From a virus (taxonomy: Duplodnaviria; Caudoviricetes), in the IMG/VR virus record IMGVR_UViG_3300046779_001537, positions 1-25,356 of that record: DNA of 25,356 nucleotides; one strand, written 5' to 3'. Shown piece after piece: positions 19,401 to 25,356 of the stretch; the stretch's first letter is position 1; each line of letters begins with the position of its first letter. Under the pieces are notes generated by a model, which worked only from the letters and a program-made list of their open reading frames with translations, was not told the origin of the DNA and did no database searches. Made by a program: the position numbers and the translations under genes.

Positions 19401-19532
19401 ATTGTTGACACCAATACGCCCTGTGCCAACATTAAAATAAAGTAAATCGTAATCAAAAGCTAAATCTTCGCCTTCTCGTAAAAGATTTGCTTCCAGCATT
19501 TGGCCGCTGATTCTACCAACTGTATTAGACAT
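16437..19532 (-). CDS. Large fibre-like virion structural protein; paralog of 13054..16407
   Basis: 1031 aa with an AGGAG SD. It is collinear with the 1117-aa protein (G[RK]ISG..L..NL.REG..LAF, GNLHATG.IT.DGN, VTSRSPYI.NVTV, AASKEAS.LFHS, NGVRVEWLN, ELTPG.N.N). Confidence 0.8.
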   Translation of the reverse strand: MSNTVGRISGQMLEANLLREGEDLAFDYDLLYFNVGTGRIGVNNDTPFRTLLINQDVKTTSLIVDTSFELEDLLLSGNTIDSDSNLYLSASGVNPKITTKQLDTANLSVDGNTITNKILNNNINLVPAGAGNIVLDADVEVFGNLHATGDITFDGNFIIGNNDSDNVYFNAELASDIIPDINNFYDIGSNTKQFGDIFTYLVNGTNYSAGGSTVAGVDLGTRAGNIWYVALNGNNSNVGDHPNGPFATIEWALSQASSGDTVFIYPGTYVELFPLVIPQGVTVQGAGVRAVKIIPDTASTHEDVFQLNGETTISDLTVADFYYDSLNDKGYAFAFTSGFNVTSRSPYIQNVTVITKGSITSVSDPRGFDQADAGRGAKIDGSLANAASKEASMLFHSATFITPGVDCIVMKNGVRVEWLNSFVYYANRGLYAENGSAGFANLGLKFGAEVRVIGSANVYGNYGAWADGNETLMYLINHNFGYIGAGKDTSNDPTNVIEANEVTELNNGKIYFQSVDQIGNFKIGDLITIESATGTVTLNSIVTTGTNLTVTDGTNVTYIDADEVTTGNITIGVNTIQSNSGNLNFVSFNNNTSINANVSSTKSLTITGNTTLIKNLTSSNNTATTAINAKIIGDIIPTSSDYALGDNSKFFKNLYAAKFDLGTILIDTNVITTTESNSNLELRANGAGSVRVSDSLRLEQNFTVSGTGNYNNLYSDNFSFTGITPVQSSNLVAPEFNNGDIIIAGNLVKTTLSNSNLEFRANSAGGIIVDGSLRITDSTISNIQVSGTEVERSVIFSPVSNNSVKLNSNKTLKIPVGNNTTRTLTNAGEIRFNNLSSLFQSRISGATNTLHGLNDTDLNTSITAELTPGANDNIIRMTINGTVRGTITSQEANYQRVRIDEIQLDLNQISTINSNADLEIYPSGTGSVIIKNSIDIFNNRITNLGLNQATTINSTGSGYVKFAGTNAIRVPHGAASQAPVSPPTGATRINTDTMTGEVFDGLNFIPMVGNFSGITAAEMEEITNQWILILG

Positions 19533-19549
19533 AAAACGCTCCTATACAG

Positions 19550-19557
19550 TATTTATT
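19550..19557 (-). promoter_or_regulatory. T4-type late promoter-like motif AATAAATA
   Basis: Lies in the 31-nt intergenic gap, about 18 nt upstream of the 19532 ATG. Confidence 0.6.
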
Positions 19558-19563
19558 GGTATT

Positions 19564-20139
19564 TTAGCGGTCAAATCCGTGTATTACATATACTGGTTTA
19601 TTGGCAGGAACTGCTGTTCCAAATTGAATATAAATTCCATCAGGCATGTCTATACCTGGATTACCGCCGTAGTCGCCTGCTGGATTTTGTACTAAAACGT
19701 AGTTTACATTTGGAATTTGAAAAACGTTTTCTACTAAAACAACGAGATTATTTGCTGCTTGTGTTAAATCCCAAAGTGTGACATCACTTTGTGCGGTATA
19801 ACTTAATGGATTAGGATTTAATGGACCAAAAATCAAAGTTGATCCGTCACCTAATTCTGTCATAGTTTGTAAATTTATGTTACCTGGCTCTTTAAATCTA
19901 AAACTGCGCCATGCTCCGTCTTGATAACCTTCAAACTCGTCTGTTTGATTGTTATATCTAATCATACCGTTAATGTATGTAGGGCTGGTAGTATCAGCAC
20001 TTCGTTGAGCAGTTGTTCCTTTTGGGAGCAAAAGTGTATACGAAGTGTCAATAGTTGTTTCTCCTGTTTGATCAATGTAAATAGATCTGTGACCAGGAAT
20101 AGTTTTCGTACTTAAAATTTGTTTACGTAAGTATTTCAT
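19564..20139 (-). CDS. Putative virion structural/fibre-associated protein
   Basis: 191 aa. It contains LPKGTTAQR...GMIRYN....EFEGYQDGAW (shared with the 1117-aa protein) and a C-terminal LVVLVENVFQIPNVNY...IQF..A.P....VYV module. Its start overlaps the upstream stop (TAATG). Confidence 0.7.
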   Translation of the reverse strand: MKYLRKQILSTKTIPGHRSIYIDQTGETTIDTSYTLLLPKGTTAQRSADTTSPTYINGMIRYNNQTDEFEGYQDGAWRSFRFKEPGNINLQTMTELGDGSTLIFGPLNPNPLSYTAQSDVTLWDLTQAANNLVVLVENVFQIPNVNYVLVQNPAGDYGGNPGIDMPDGIYIQFGTAVPANKPVYVIHGFDR

Positions 20140-20471
20140 TATACACTTATAACGCTGATAGTTGCTACTAAATTAGCTGGTGCAGAAGTACTTGCAACTA
20201 CTCTATCTCCGTTGTCTAAAATAATTTTTTCTGTATCAAACGTAACTGTTTCGCCAGCTGGAACAGGTAATTGATTAACAATTAAATTAGTATTAGAAAT
20301 ACCATCGCCTTGTTTTACAAAATGTAAATCTAAATATGTTTGACCTGTTGCTGGATTATTTGGGTCATATGTAGCTGTATTACAAACCCAAATGCAGGTC
20401 ACCGCAGTGTTTCCGCTGCTTACATATAAATTAGTGTTTCCTGTTCCAATTGCGGTACTTTGGATCGCCAT
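20139..20471 (-). CDS. ~110-aa small beta-sandwich-like virion protein (family copy 1)
   Basis: 110 aa with a TAAGGA SD: AVTCIWVCN...LPVPAGETVTF..EKIILDNGD.V......LVATIS. Confidence 0.75.
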   Translation of the reverse strand: MAIQSTAIGTGNTNLYVSSGNTAVTCIWVCNTATYDPNNPATGQTYLDLHFVKQGDGISNTNLIVNQLPVPAGETVTFDTEKIILDNGDRVVASTSAPANLVATISVISV

Positions 20472-20480
20472 TGTGTTTCC

Positions 20481-21545
20481 TTAAAATATAAAACTTAATA
20501 GTAAAGCACGTCGTCTGCTTATTAATTCTTCTGTCATTGTAATTACTGTAGATCCGTCTGTATCTGGTCTACTGTTTACATAATATATACCTGTGTCGCC
20601 GCCACCAACTGTACTTTTTGTGTATAGTTTAGTAGCTCCTCCAAGTAACGAAGGATCACTTCCTTGATCAATTAAAGTTAAGTATCCTGCTACTTGAACT
20701 AATCCGTTACTTGCTGTTAACGTTAACGCATTAGATGTTGTATTAATAGTGTTTACACCAAGTCTGATATTATTAACTTTCAATCCTGAATTATCAATAA
20801 CTGCTTGTAAAACATTGTCGACTTTAAATTCTAACTGACTAACAGGATCGCCATTGGAAGTGTCATAGCCTTCGCCTGTTGTATCATAAGAACCAAAACG
20901 TTTTGCTGTAAACACAGCCAGACTATAAGCAGTAAAGTCAGTAACTGCTTTCATATTTGGTACGCGATCGTCGTCTGTTACGCTTACACCTAATGTAGGA
21001 TCGTAACCTATTGTGTCAGTATAACTTAAAATTTGGCGTTCGTAATTAGATGTTCCTCTAACTGTTACATATCCTGTTCCAGTATTAATAAGACCTAATA
21101 TTCCGCCATTTGTATCAATTTGATTAGTTCTAATTCCCGCGATGGTCGGACTGCCAGTACTACGAGTTCTAAAACTCCAAAGTCCTGTAACTGATAAATC
21201 AGTCGGAGGATTATAGTGGCTGACCTCGTGCCATACTACTTCGGCGTCGTCGCCGGAGCCTCTGTTTATTCTAATACCAGAAACTCCAGCTCCGCCATAT
21301 GTTTCATCGGGTTTGGTTATTACTGCACCTGCTGTATCATCCCTATTAAGTAAGATGATGTTGTCCTCAACTTGCATATCAACAACATTAAGGTAAGTTG
21401 TTTGTCCATCAACAACGAGATTACCAGTTATATAGACGGTGCCTTGTTCTACACCAGTGTCCAGTGTAATTGCGCCACCGTCTTCAACTTTAATTTTGTA
21501 ATTGCCTTGACTGACTCTTACAACTTTATTACCTTTAATTGCCAT
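20481..21545 (-). CDS. Putative virion fibre/shaft protein
   Basis: 354 aa. The motif ITGNLVVDGQTT......VEDNIILLN...GIRINRG is common in phage fibre proteins. It ends in a hydrophobic tail (EELISRRRALLLSFIF). Confidence 0.65.
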   Translation of the reverse strand: MAIKGNKVVRVSQGNYKIKVEDGGAITLDTGVEQGTVYITGNLVVDGQTTYLNVVDMQVEDNIILLNRDDTAGAVITKPDETYGGAGVSGIRINRGSGDDAEVVWHEVSHYNPPTDLSVTGLWSFRTRSTGSPTIAGIRTNQIDTNGGILGLINTGTGYVTVRGTSNYERQILSYTDTIGYDPTLGVSVTDDDRVPNMKAVTDFTAYSLAVFTAKRFGSYDTTGEGYDTSNGDPVSQLEFKVDNVLQAVIDNSGLKVNNIRLGVNTINTTSNALTLTASNGLVQVAGYLTLIDQGSDPSLLGGATKLYTKSTVGGGDTGIYYVNSRPDTDGSTVITMTEELISRRRALLLSFIF

Positions 21546-21556
21546 TTAGCTATCTC

Positions 21557-21940
21557 TTAAGGAATTAATGTTAAGATTAATAATGTTTCTGTTGAATCGT
21601 CACTTAGTGTCCATTTAAAATGACGGCCATTAAAATCATGAGCGTGACGATTGTATAATCTACGAATTGGTACTGCTTGTCCGTTATAAAGACCAACTAG
21701 TGCAGCATCTCCGTTACTGGCTGGAGTTAGTGTGTTTGTCAGTACAGCACGACCAACTGCTGTTGTACCATCATCAGTACTTACTTTGTAGCGGCTTGAT
21801 CCTACTTGCTTTAGAATGTAGCCTTCGTAAACAACACCGCCTAATTTAAATCTAATTGGAATGTTGTTACCTGTGAATAAACCTGTTCCAGTTCCGGTAC
21901 CTGTTGTACCAAACCATCTTTTATTGAGTGGGCGTCCCAT
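21557..21940 (-). CDS. Hypothetical late protein immediately after the major capsid gene (candidate head-associated protein)
   Basis: 127 aa, basic, strong TAAGGAG SD, own perfect late promoter. Function is inferred from position only. Confidence 0.7.
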   Translation of the reverse strand: MGRPLNKRWFGTTGTGTGTGLFTGNNIPIRFKLGGVVYEGYILKQVGSSRYKVSTDDGTTAVGRAVLTNTLTPASNGDAALVGLYNGQAVPIRRLYNRHAHDFNGRHFKWTLSDDSTETLLILTLIP

Positions 21941-21952
21941 TTGTTTTCTCCT

Positions 21953-22006
21953 TATGTTGACGTTTTAGGTCTACGCGGTGGGTACCGCATAAATCAATGT
22001 GACATA
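21953..22006 (-). promoter_or_regulatory. Structured 5' leader (candidate cis-regulatory RNA)
   Basis: Hairpin UUAUGCGGU-ACCC-ACCGCGUAG (21971..21992, 9 bp including two G-U pairs). Possible outer pairing of UAUG...UUGA with UCAA-CAUA ends at the SD. Confidence 0.5.
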
Positions 22007-22007
22007 G

Positions 22008-22015
22008 TATTTATA
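22008..22015 (-). promoter_or_regulatory. T4-type late promoter TATAAATA
   Basis: Perfect match to the T4 gp55-dependent late promoter consensus, directly after the capsid terminator U-tract. Confidence 0.8.
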
Positions 22016-22016
22016 T

Positions 22017-22047
22017 AAAAAGAAAGGACCCTTACGAGTCCTTTCTT
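22017..22047 (-). terminator. Intrinsic terminator of the head operon
   Basis: AAGAAAGGAC-UC-GUAA-GG-GUCCUUUCUU-UUU: a stem with a GNRA tetraloop and U-rich tail, about 30 nt after the gp23 stop. Confidence 0.85.
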
Positions 22048-22075
22048 AAAATTAAAAAACTTTTTAAGTTTTTAA

Positions 22076-23245
22076 TTAGCTGAATGTTAGACCTGTTGTT
22101 GTAACAGTTCCTAGGTAGTCAGCTGCGTTACCTAAAGAGCTTGCTGTATTGCTTAACTCAACATATCCGTAACGTGTCATAAAGCTTACGACTGGTTCGA
22201 ATGTTGATGGATCAAGAACAACACCGCTGCTCATTAATGGAATGTATGGGCAGTAGAAAGCAGCCGCATCACTCTCACTTGTACCTTTGTAACCAACAAG
22301 TACTGTGTCGTTTTGTGCATATGTGTTAACATATACTTTCATTGCGCTGTTCAATGTACCAACGAACTTGGTGTTTGTTGGAGCTTCGAAAGTGCCTTCT
22401 GTTGTTCTTGCGAAAGCAGAAGTTGTTGCGCTTTGTAGTACTGTTAATACTGTTGGGCTAACAACTGCCCAGTTACCAGCACCACGACGTGTACGCTGAG
22501 CGATTCTGTTAGCAACACGGTTGATCTGAACAGCTAATGCAGCGTGTTCGTCACCAACGAATGTAGCAGTACCAGAAACAGCAGTTTGGTCAAATGCTTC
22601 TTGGTTTTGTGTACCAGCTAATGTAGCAAGAGATAATAAGATCTCTTGGTCGATTTCAGCTGTGATTTCTTGTGCTAAAGCAGCCATGATTTCTGCTTCG
22701 ATGTCAATACCTTGTTGGGCTTGTGCATCTTGAGCAGCTTCAAATGTCCAACGAGCACTTAACTTACGTGTCTTCGCTTCGACAGTTTGCTTTAAGATCT
22801 GGATGCTTAAACGCTTACCAGCAGCACCTTCAAGAGTTGCTGTTGATGCAGCAGTGAAAGCTGAACCATCGTTACCTGAGTAACCTTCAGCAATCTTAAA
22901 TGGGCTTAATGCCTCAACACCAGCGTTTGCACCGTAGGTACCACTTAAGGTATCTGCGTAACGAACACGTAGAGTGTGGATTTGACCCACTGGACCAGTC
23001 ATTGGTTGTACGCCAACTAATTCGTTAGCGATAACTGTTGGCATAACACGACGGATTACTGGAAGAATCACGCGGTTTAATGTTGCGACGTTGCCGGCAG
23101 AAGTGGCGCCACCAGATGCATTTTCTGCGAGATACTTACGAGTATTCTCTAAAGTCGATGCCATTACGCTTTTCTTGGTGCCTTGTAAGCCTTCTAATAG
23201 GGCTTCTTTGGTTTCTGCCCAACGGCTTGTTAGTAGTTCTGACAT
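22076..23245 (-). CDS. gp23: Major capsid protein, T4 gp23-like
   Basis: Motifs VGVQPMTGP.GQI..LR..Y, VEAKTRKL.A.WT.E.AQD, EI..EID.EI and AFYCPYIPL...DP..FEP...FMTRYG. AGGAG SD; follows the protease and scaffold genes. Confidence 0.95.
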   Translation of the reverse strand: MSELLTSRWAETKEALLEGLQGTKKSVMASTLENTRKYLAENASGGATSAGNVATLNRVILPVIRRVMPTVIANELVGVQPMTGPVGQIHTLRVRYADTLSGTYGANAGVEALSPFKIAEGYSGNDGSAFTAASTATLEGAAGKRLSIQILKQTVEAKTRKLSARWTFEAAQDAQAQQGIDIEAEIMAALAQEITAEIDQEILLSLATLAGTQNQEAFDQTAVSGTATFVGDEHAALAVQINRVANRIAQRTRRGAGNWAVVSPTVLTVLQSATTSAFARTTEGTFEAPTNTKFVGTLNSAMKVYVNTYAQNDTVLVGYKGTSESDAAAFYCPYIPLMSSGVVLDPSTFEPVVSFMTRYGYVELSNTASSLGNAADYLGTVTTTGLTFS

Positions 23246-23274
23246 TATTTTATCTCCTGATGTTTAATGTTTTT

Positions 23275-24369
23275 TTAAATTCCAGCAAGTCTGCGAATAT
23301 CAAAGATATTATGATCTGACTCGCTCTTGCTGCTACTTACGCTGTTGGTTTCTTTATTGCCTGTGATCTCTTTTGCCTCTACTAGTGCCTTTTTCTTCTG
23401 CGGAGCTTCGCCAGCGATTACTGCTGGTAAGTACTTTTCAAAGTTATTGCGTAACTTAGATGTATGTACACTTTCAAGCAATTCTGTCATAATAGCCTTT
23501 TGGCTTGTGGCCAACGGTCCTACTAATTCATCAATAATTGCCTTACGTTCCATGCTCTCTTTAAGAGCCTTAACTTCTGCTTCTTTGCTTTCTGAAATTA
23601 ATCTTGCTTCTGCTACAGCGTTTTTAGCAGCGGCAACTTCAATTTCTTTCAAGTCTATAACTTTAAGCAATTTAGCTGTTTCTGATTTTTCACTTAGATA
23701 GCTGTTCTGATATTCGCTCGCGTATGCTTCAAAAATCTTACGACCAAAGTCGTTACGACGAGCAGCTTCAATATCTTCTTTTAGTTGTCCAATTTCTGTT
23801 TTCAGACCTTGTTCAACTGTCTGTTCAACTAACTTAGCAGCACGTTTAATGAAATGTTCTTTCATTAATGCTAATGCCTGACGGCCTTCGCGAACTAAAC
23901 GTACCTTAGTTTCTGCGATATCTTTTTTATCTGTATGGAATTCTGCAATTTCCTGAGCTAAAGCTTCTACTACAAATCTTTCAAGAGTCTTAAACTTTTG
24001 AGCCATTTGTACTTGATCTTCGTGTAACTCTTTGACTTCTGCTGCTAATTGACGAGTAACAAACTCTTTAACTAGACTAACATTTTGTCTCATTGCTACA
24101 GCATACTTGGCTTTTTGTTCAGCCAGTTGCTTGCGATCTTCAACGAACTCAGCGATTTCTTCTGCCAGTCTTTCACTTAGCATACGGTCCACAGCTTCAA
24201 CCATAACGTGTTTGTCATGTTCATAGCGTTGAGCGAATTCTTCGCGTAGTTCTTGAGTTACTTGAGTGCGATTCTCATTGATTCTCGCGTCCCAAGCCTT
24301 TTCAATATCAGCTTTGATCTCCTCAGAAATCACATTGTTCTCGTACAGTGCTTTTAGTGCTTCCAACAT
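23275..24369 (-). CDS. gp22: Prohead core scaffold protein, T4 gp22-like
   Basis: 364 aa, E/K/A-rich coiled-coil character, ARRNDFGRKIFEA[YF] motif, located between the protease and capsid genes; AAGGAG SD. Confidence 0.8.
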   Translation of the reverse strand: MLEALKALYENNVISEEIKADIEKAWDARINENRTQVTQELREEFAQRYEHDKHVMVEAVDRMLSERLAEEIAEFVEDRKQLAEQKAKYAVAMRQNVSLVKEFVTRQLAAEVKELHEDQVQMAQKFKTLERFVVEALAQEIAEFHTDKKDIAETKVRLVREGRQALALMKEHFIKRAAKLVEQTVEQGLKTEIGQLKEDIEAARRNDFGRKIFEAYASEYQNSYLSEKSETAKLLKVIDLKEIEVAAAKNAVAEARLISESKEAEVKALKESMERKAIIDELVGPLATSQKAIMTELLESVHTSKLRNNFEKYLPAVIAGEAPQKKKALVEAKEITGNKETNSVSSSKSESDHNIFDIRRLAGI

Positions 24370-24384
24370 TGTGATTCTCCTTTT

Positions 24385-25017
24385 TTATTGGAGTCCGCTT
24401 ATTATTCTTAATAAGCTTTCTTTAAGATAAGTTTGCGCCTTTGGATCACCTTGCACTTCTTTCGCTATGCGCAAGTTTCTATAACCACCTCTGGTATTCA
24501 TAAGATGTTCGTAGATAGGTGTAGGGTAAGCTCCAGGAGCACTTGGTTGAGCCACCACATCAACTGTGATGATTTCAAAATCTTTTACAAATCCGTCGTT
24601 GTTTACATCGCCGGATCCGCGTGAACTAACTCCCAACTTTACGCCGGACTCTAACATAGTTTTAACCAGTTGGCCCATTGGAGTTGGGAGTATTTTTAAT
24701 TTTCCATAACCGTCTGCGCCATCCATCCACATTTCTGTGACCATATGGCAAACACGATCAAGGTTGATTCTTAGGTCGTCTGGATGATCCACTTCGCCTA
24801 AAACTGAATAGCCGCCAGCAATTTGATCGTTCAAGGTTTTGACAGCCCTTGAAATCTCATTTGCAGGATAAACTCTTTGATTCTGATTCCTTTTGTCACC
24901 TTGGATGCAAATCCCTTTTAAGTAAAGAGACTTGCCTCCGTCGTGCTCATCGGATTCAACGACCATTTTTGCTTGGTCAAAACTCGATGGTGCTTTTCTT
25001 GTTCTGCCCATCGTCAC
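24385..25017 (-). CDS. gp21: Prohead core protease, T4 gp21-like (start uncertain)
   Basis: Motifs L.GI..Q....N.N.RVY, LGEVDHP (His), LGVSSRG.G (Ser) and D.V..PSAP.A. Candidate starts are GTG 25017, ATG 25011 and ATG 24966, none with the strong SD seen for neighbouring head genes. Confidence 0.9.
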   Translation of the reverse strand: MTMGRTRKAPSSFDQAKMVVESDEHDGGKSLYLKGICIQGDKRNQNQRVYPANEISRAVKTLNDQIAGGYSVLGEVDHPDDLRINLDRVCHMVTEMWMDGADGYGKLKILPTPMGQLVKTMLESGVKLGVSSRGSGDVNNDGFVKDFEIITVDVVAQPSAPGAYPTPIYEHLMNTRGGYRNLRIAKEVQGDPKAQTYLKESLLRIISGLQ

Positions 25018-25356
25018 CGCCTGCTGGTGTGGACATCTTCTTGAGATGTTTTACGCCAGCTTTTCCGCCTGGAACGTTAACGTTACCAGCGTTATCTTCT
25101 TTGGTACTTGGGTTTAGTAAACCACCTTTTGTACCACCACTTGTACTTTCGCCACCAGCTAAGATATTAGAAGCAGTGCCTCCCATATCGTTCTTTTTAG
25201 CTACGATACTTTTTGTGTTTGCACCGTTGTCACCGTGCTTTGGATTTGCTACTTTCTCGATATATTCACGCATAAAGTGCATGTCATCTTCGCCCATCTT
25301 CATTGAGATGTCTTTTTCTAAATCATCGCCGCCGTCCATTCCCATGTCGCCGCCAA
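24977..25356 (-). CDS. 5'-truncated acidic/Gly-Lys-rich protein, putative prohead core/internal protein
   Basis: The frame stays open from the track's ATG at 25345 to the window edge (..GGDMGMDGGDDLEKD). An acidic part is followed by a G/K/N-rich part. It sits upstream of gp21, where T4 has core proteins gp67/gp68. Confidence 0.6.
   Translation of the reverse strand, partial: GGDMGMDGGDDLEKDISMKMGEDDMHFMREYIEKVANPKHGDNGANTKSIVAKKNDMGGTASNILAGGESTSGGTKGGLLNPSTKEDNAGNVNVPGGKAGVKHLKKMSTPAGGDDGQNKKSTIEF

Noticed and set aside
22052-22075. AT-only inverted repeat AAAAACTT/AAGTTTTT right after the gp23 stop
   Set aside because: A weak, low-complexity stem. The adjacent GNRA hairpin already explains termination.
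963-24979. Stop-codon reassignment, suggested by near-exclusive TAA use
   Set aside because: Multi-kb ORFs are intact under the standard code with no internal TAG or TGA, and genes pack tightly. TAA preference is expected in AT-rich, highly expressed genes.
29-25117. All plus-strand ORFs in the track (60-124 aa) and the minus-strand ORF 473..769
   Set aside because: They are shadows of long minus-strand genes. 473..769 is an alternative frame inside the real <1..959 gene, whose frame is supported by paralogy to 963..2189.
1-25356. tRNA, CRISPR array, intron/intein or mobile element
   Set aside because: Intergenic gaps are nearly all under 70 nt (the largest is 135 nt and is accounted for). 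I saw no spaced direct repeats, cloverleaf, homing-endonuclease or intein motifs.

Overview
This window is an AT-rich fragment of a large T4-like (myovirus-type) phage late/structural region, and every real gene is on the minus strand. Read in transcription order from 25356 down to 1, it starts with a 5'-truncated acidic protein, prohead protease (gp21-like), scaffold (gp22-like) and a compact 389-aa major capsid protein (gp23-like), followed by an intrinsic terminator. About 22 kb of putative virion appendage genes follow. That block is highly regular: three tandem paralog pairs (1031/1117 aa, 1230/1889 aa, and two Cys/Gly-rich proteins of 408 and >319 aa), each preceded by a ~110-aa paralogous small protein plus one further small gene. 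The >319-aa Cys-rich gene at <1..959 is missing from the supplied ORF track. Six T4-type late-promoter-like (N)ATAAATA motifs punctuate the block. The most notable oddities are the modular pair/adaptor architecture, the ~11-12% Cys proteins, an anomalous junction ahead of the protease (the only TGA stop, in a UUU-UGA-C context whose +1 frame is the protease), and a structured 5' leader after the capsid gene. All family assignments come from motif recognition by eye; no searches were run.
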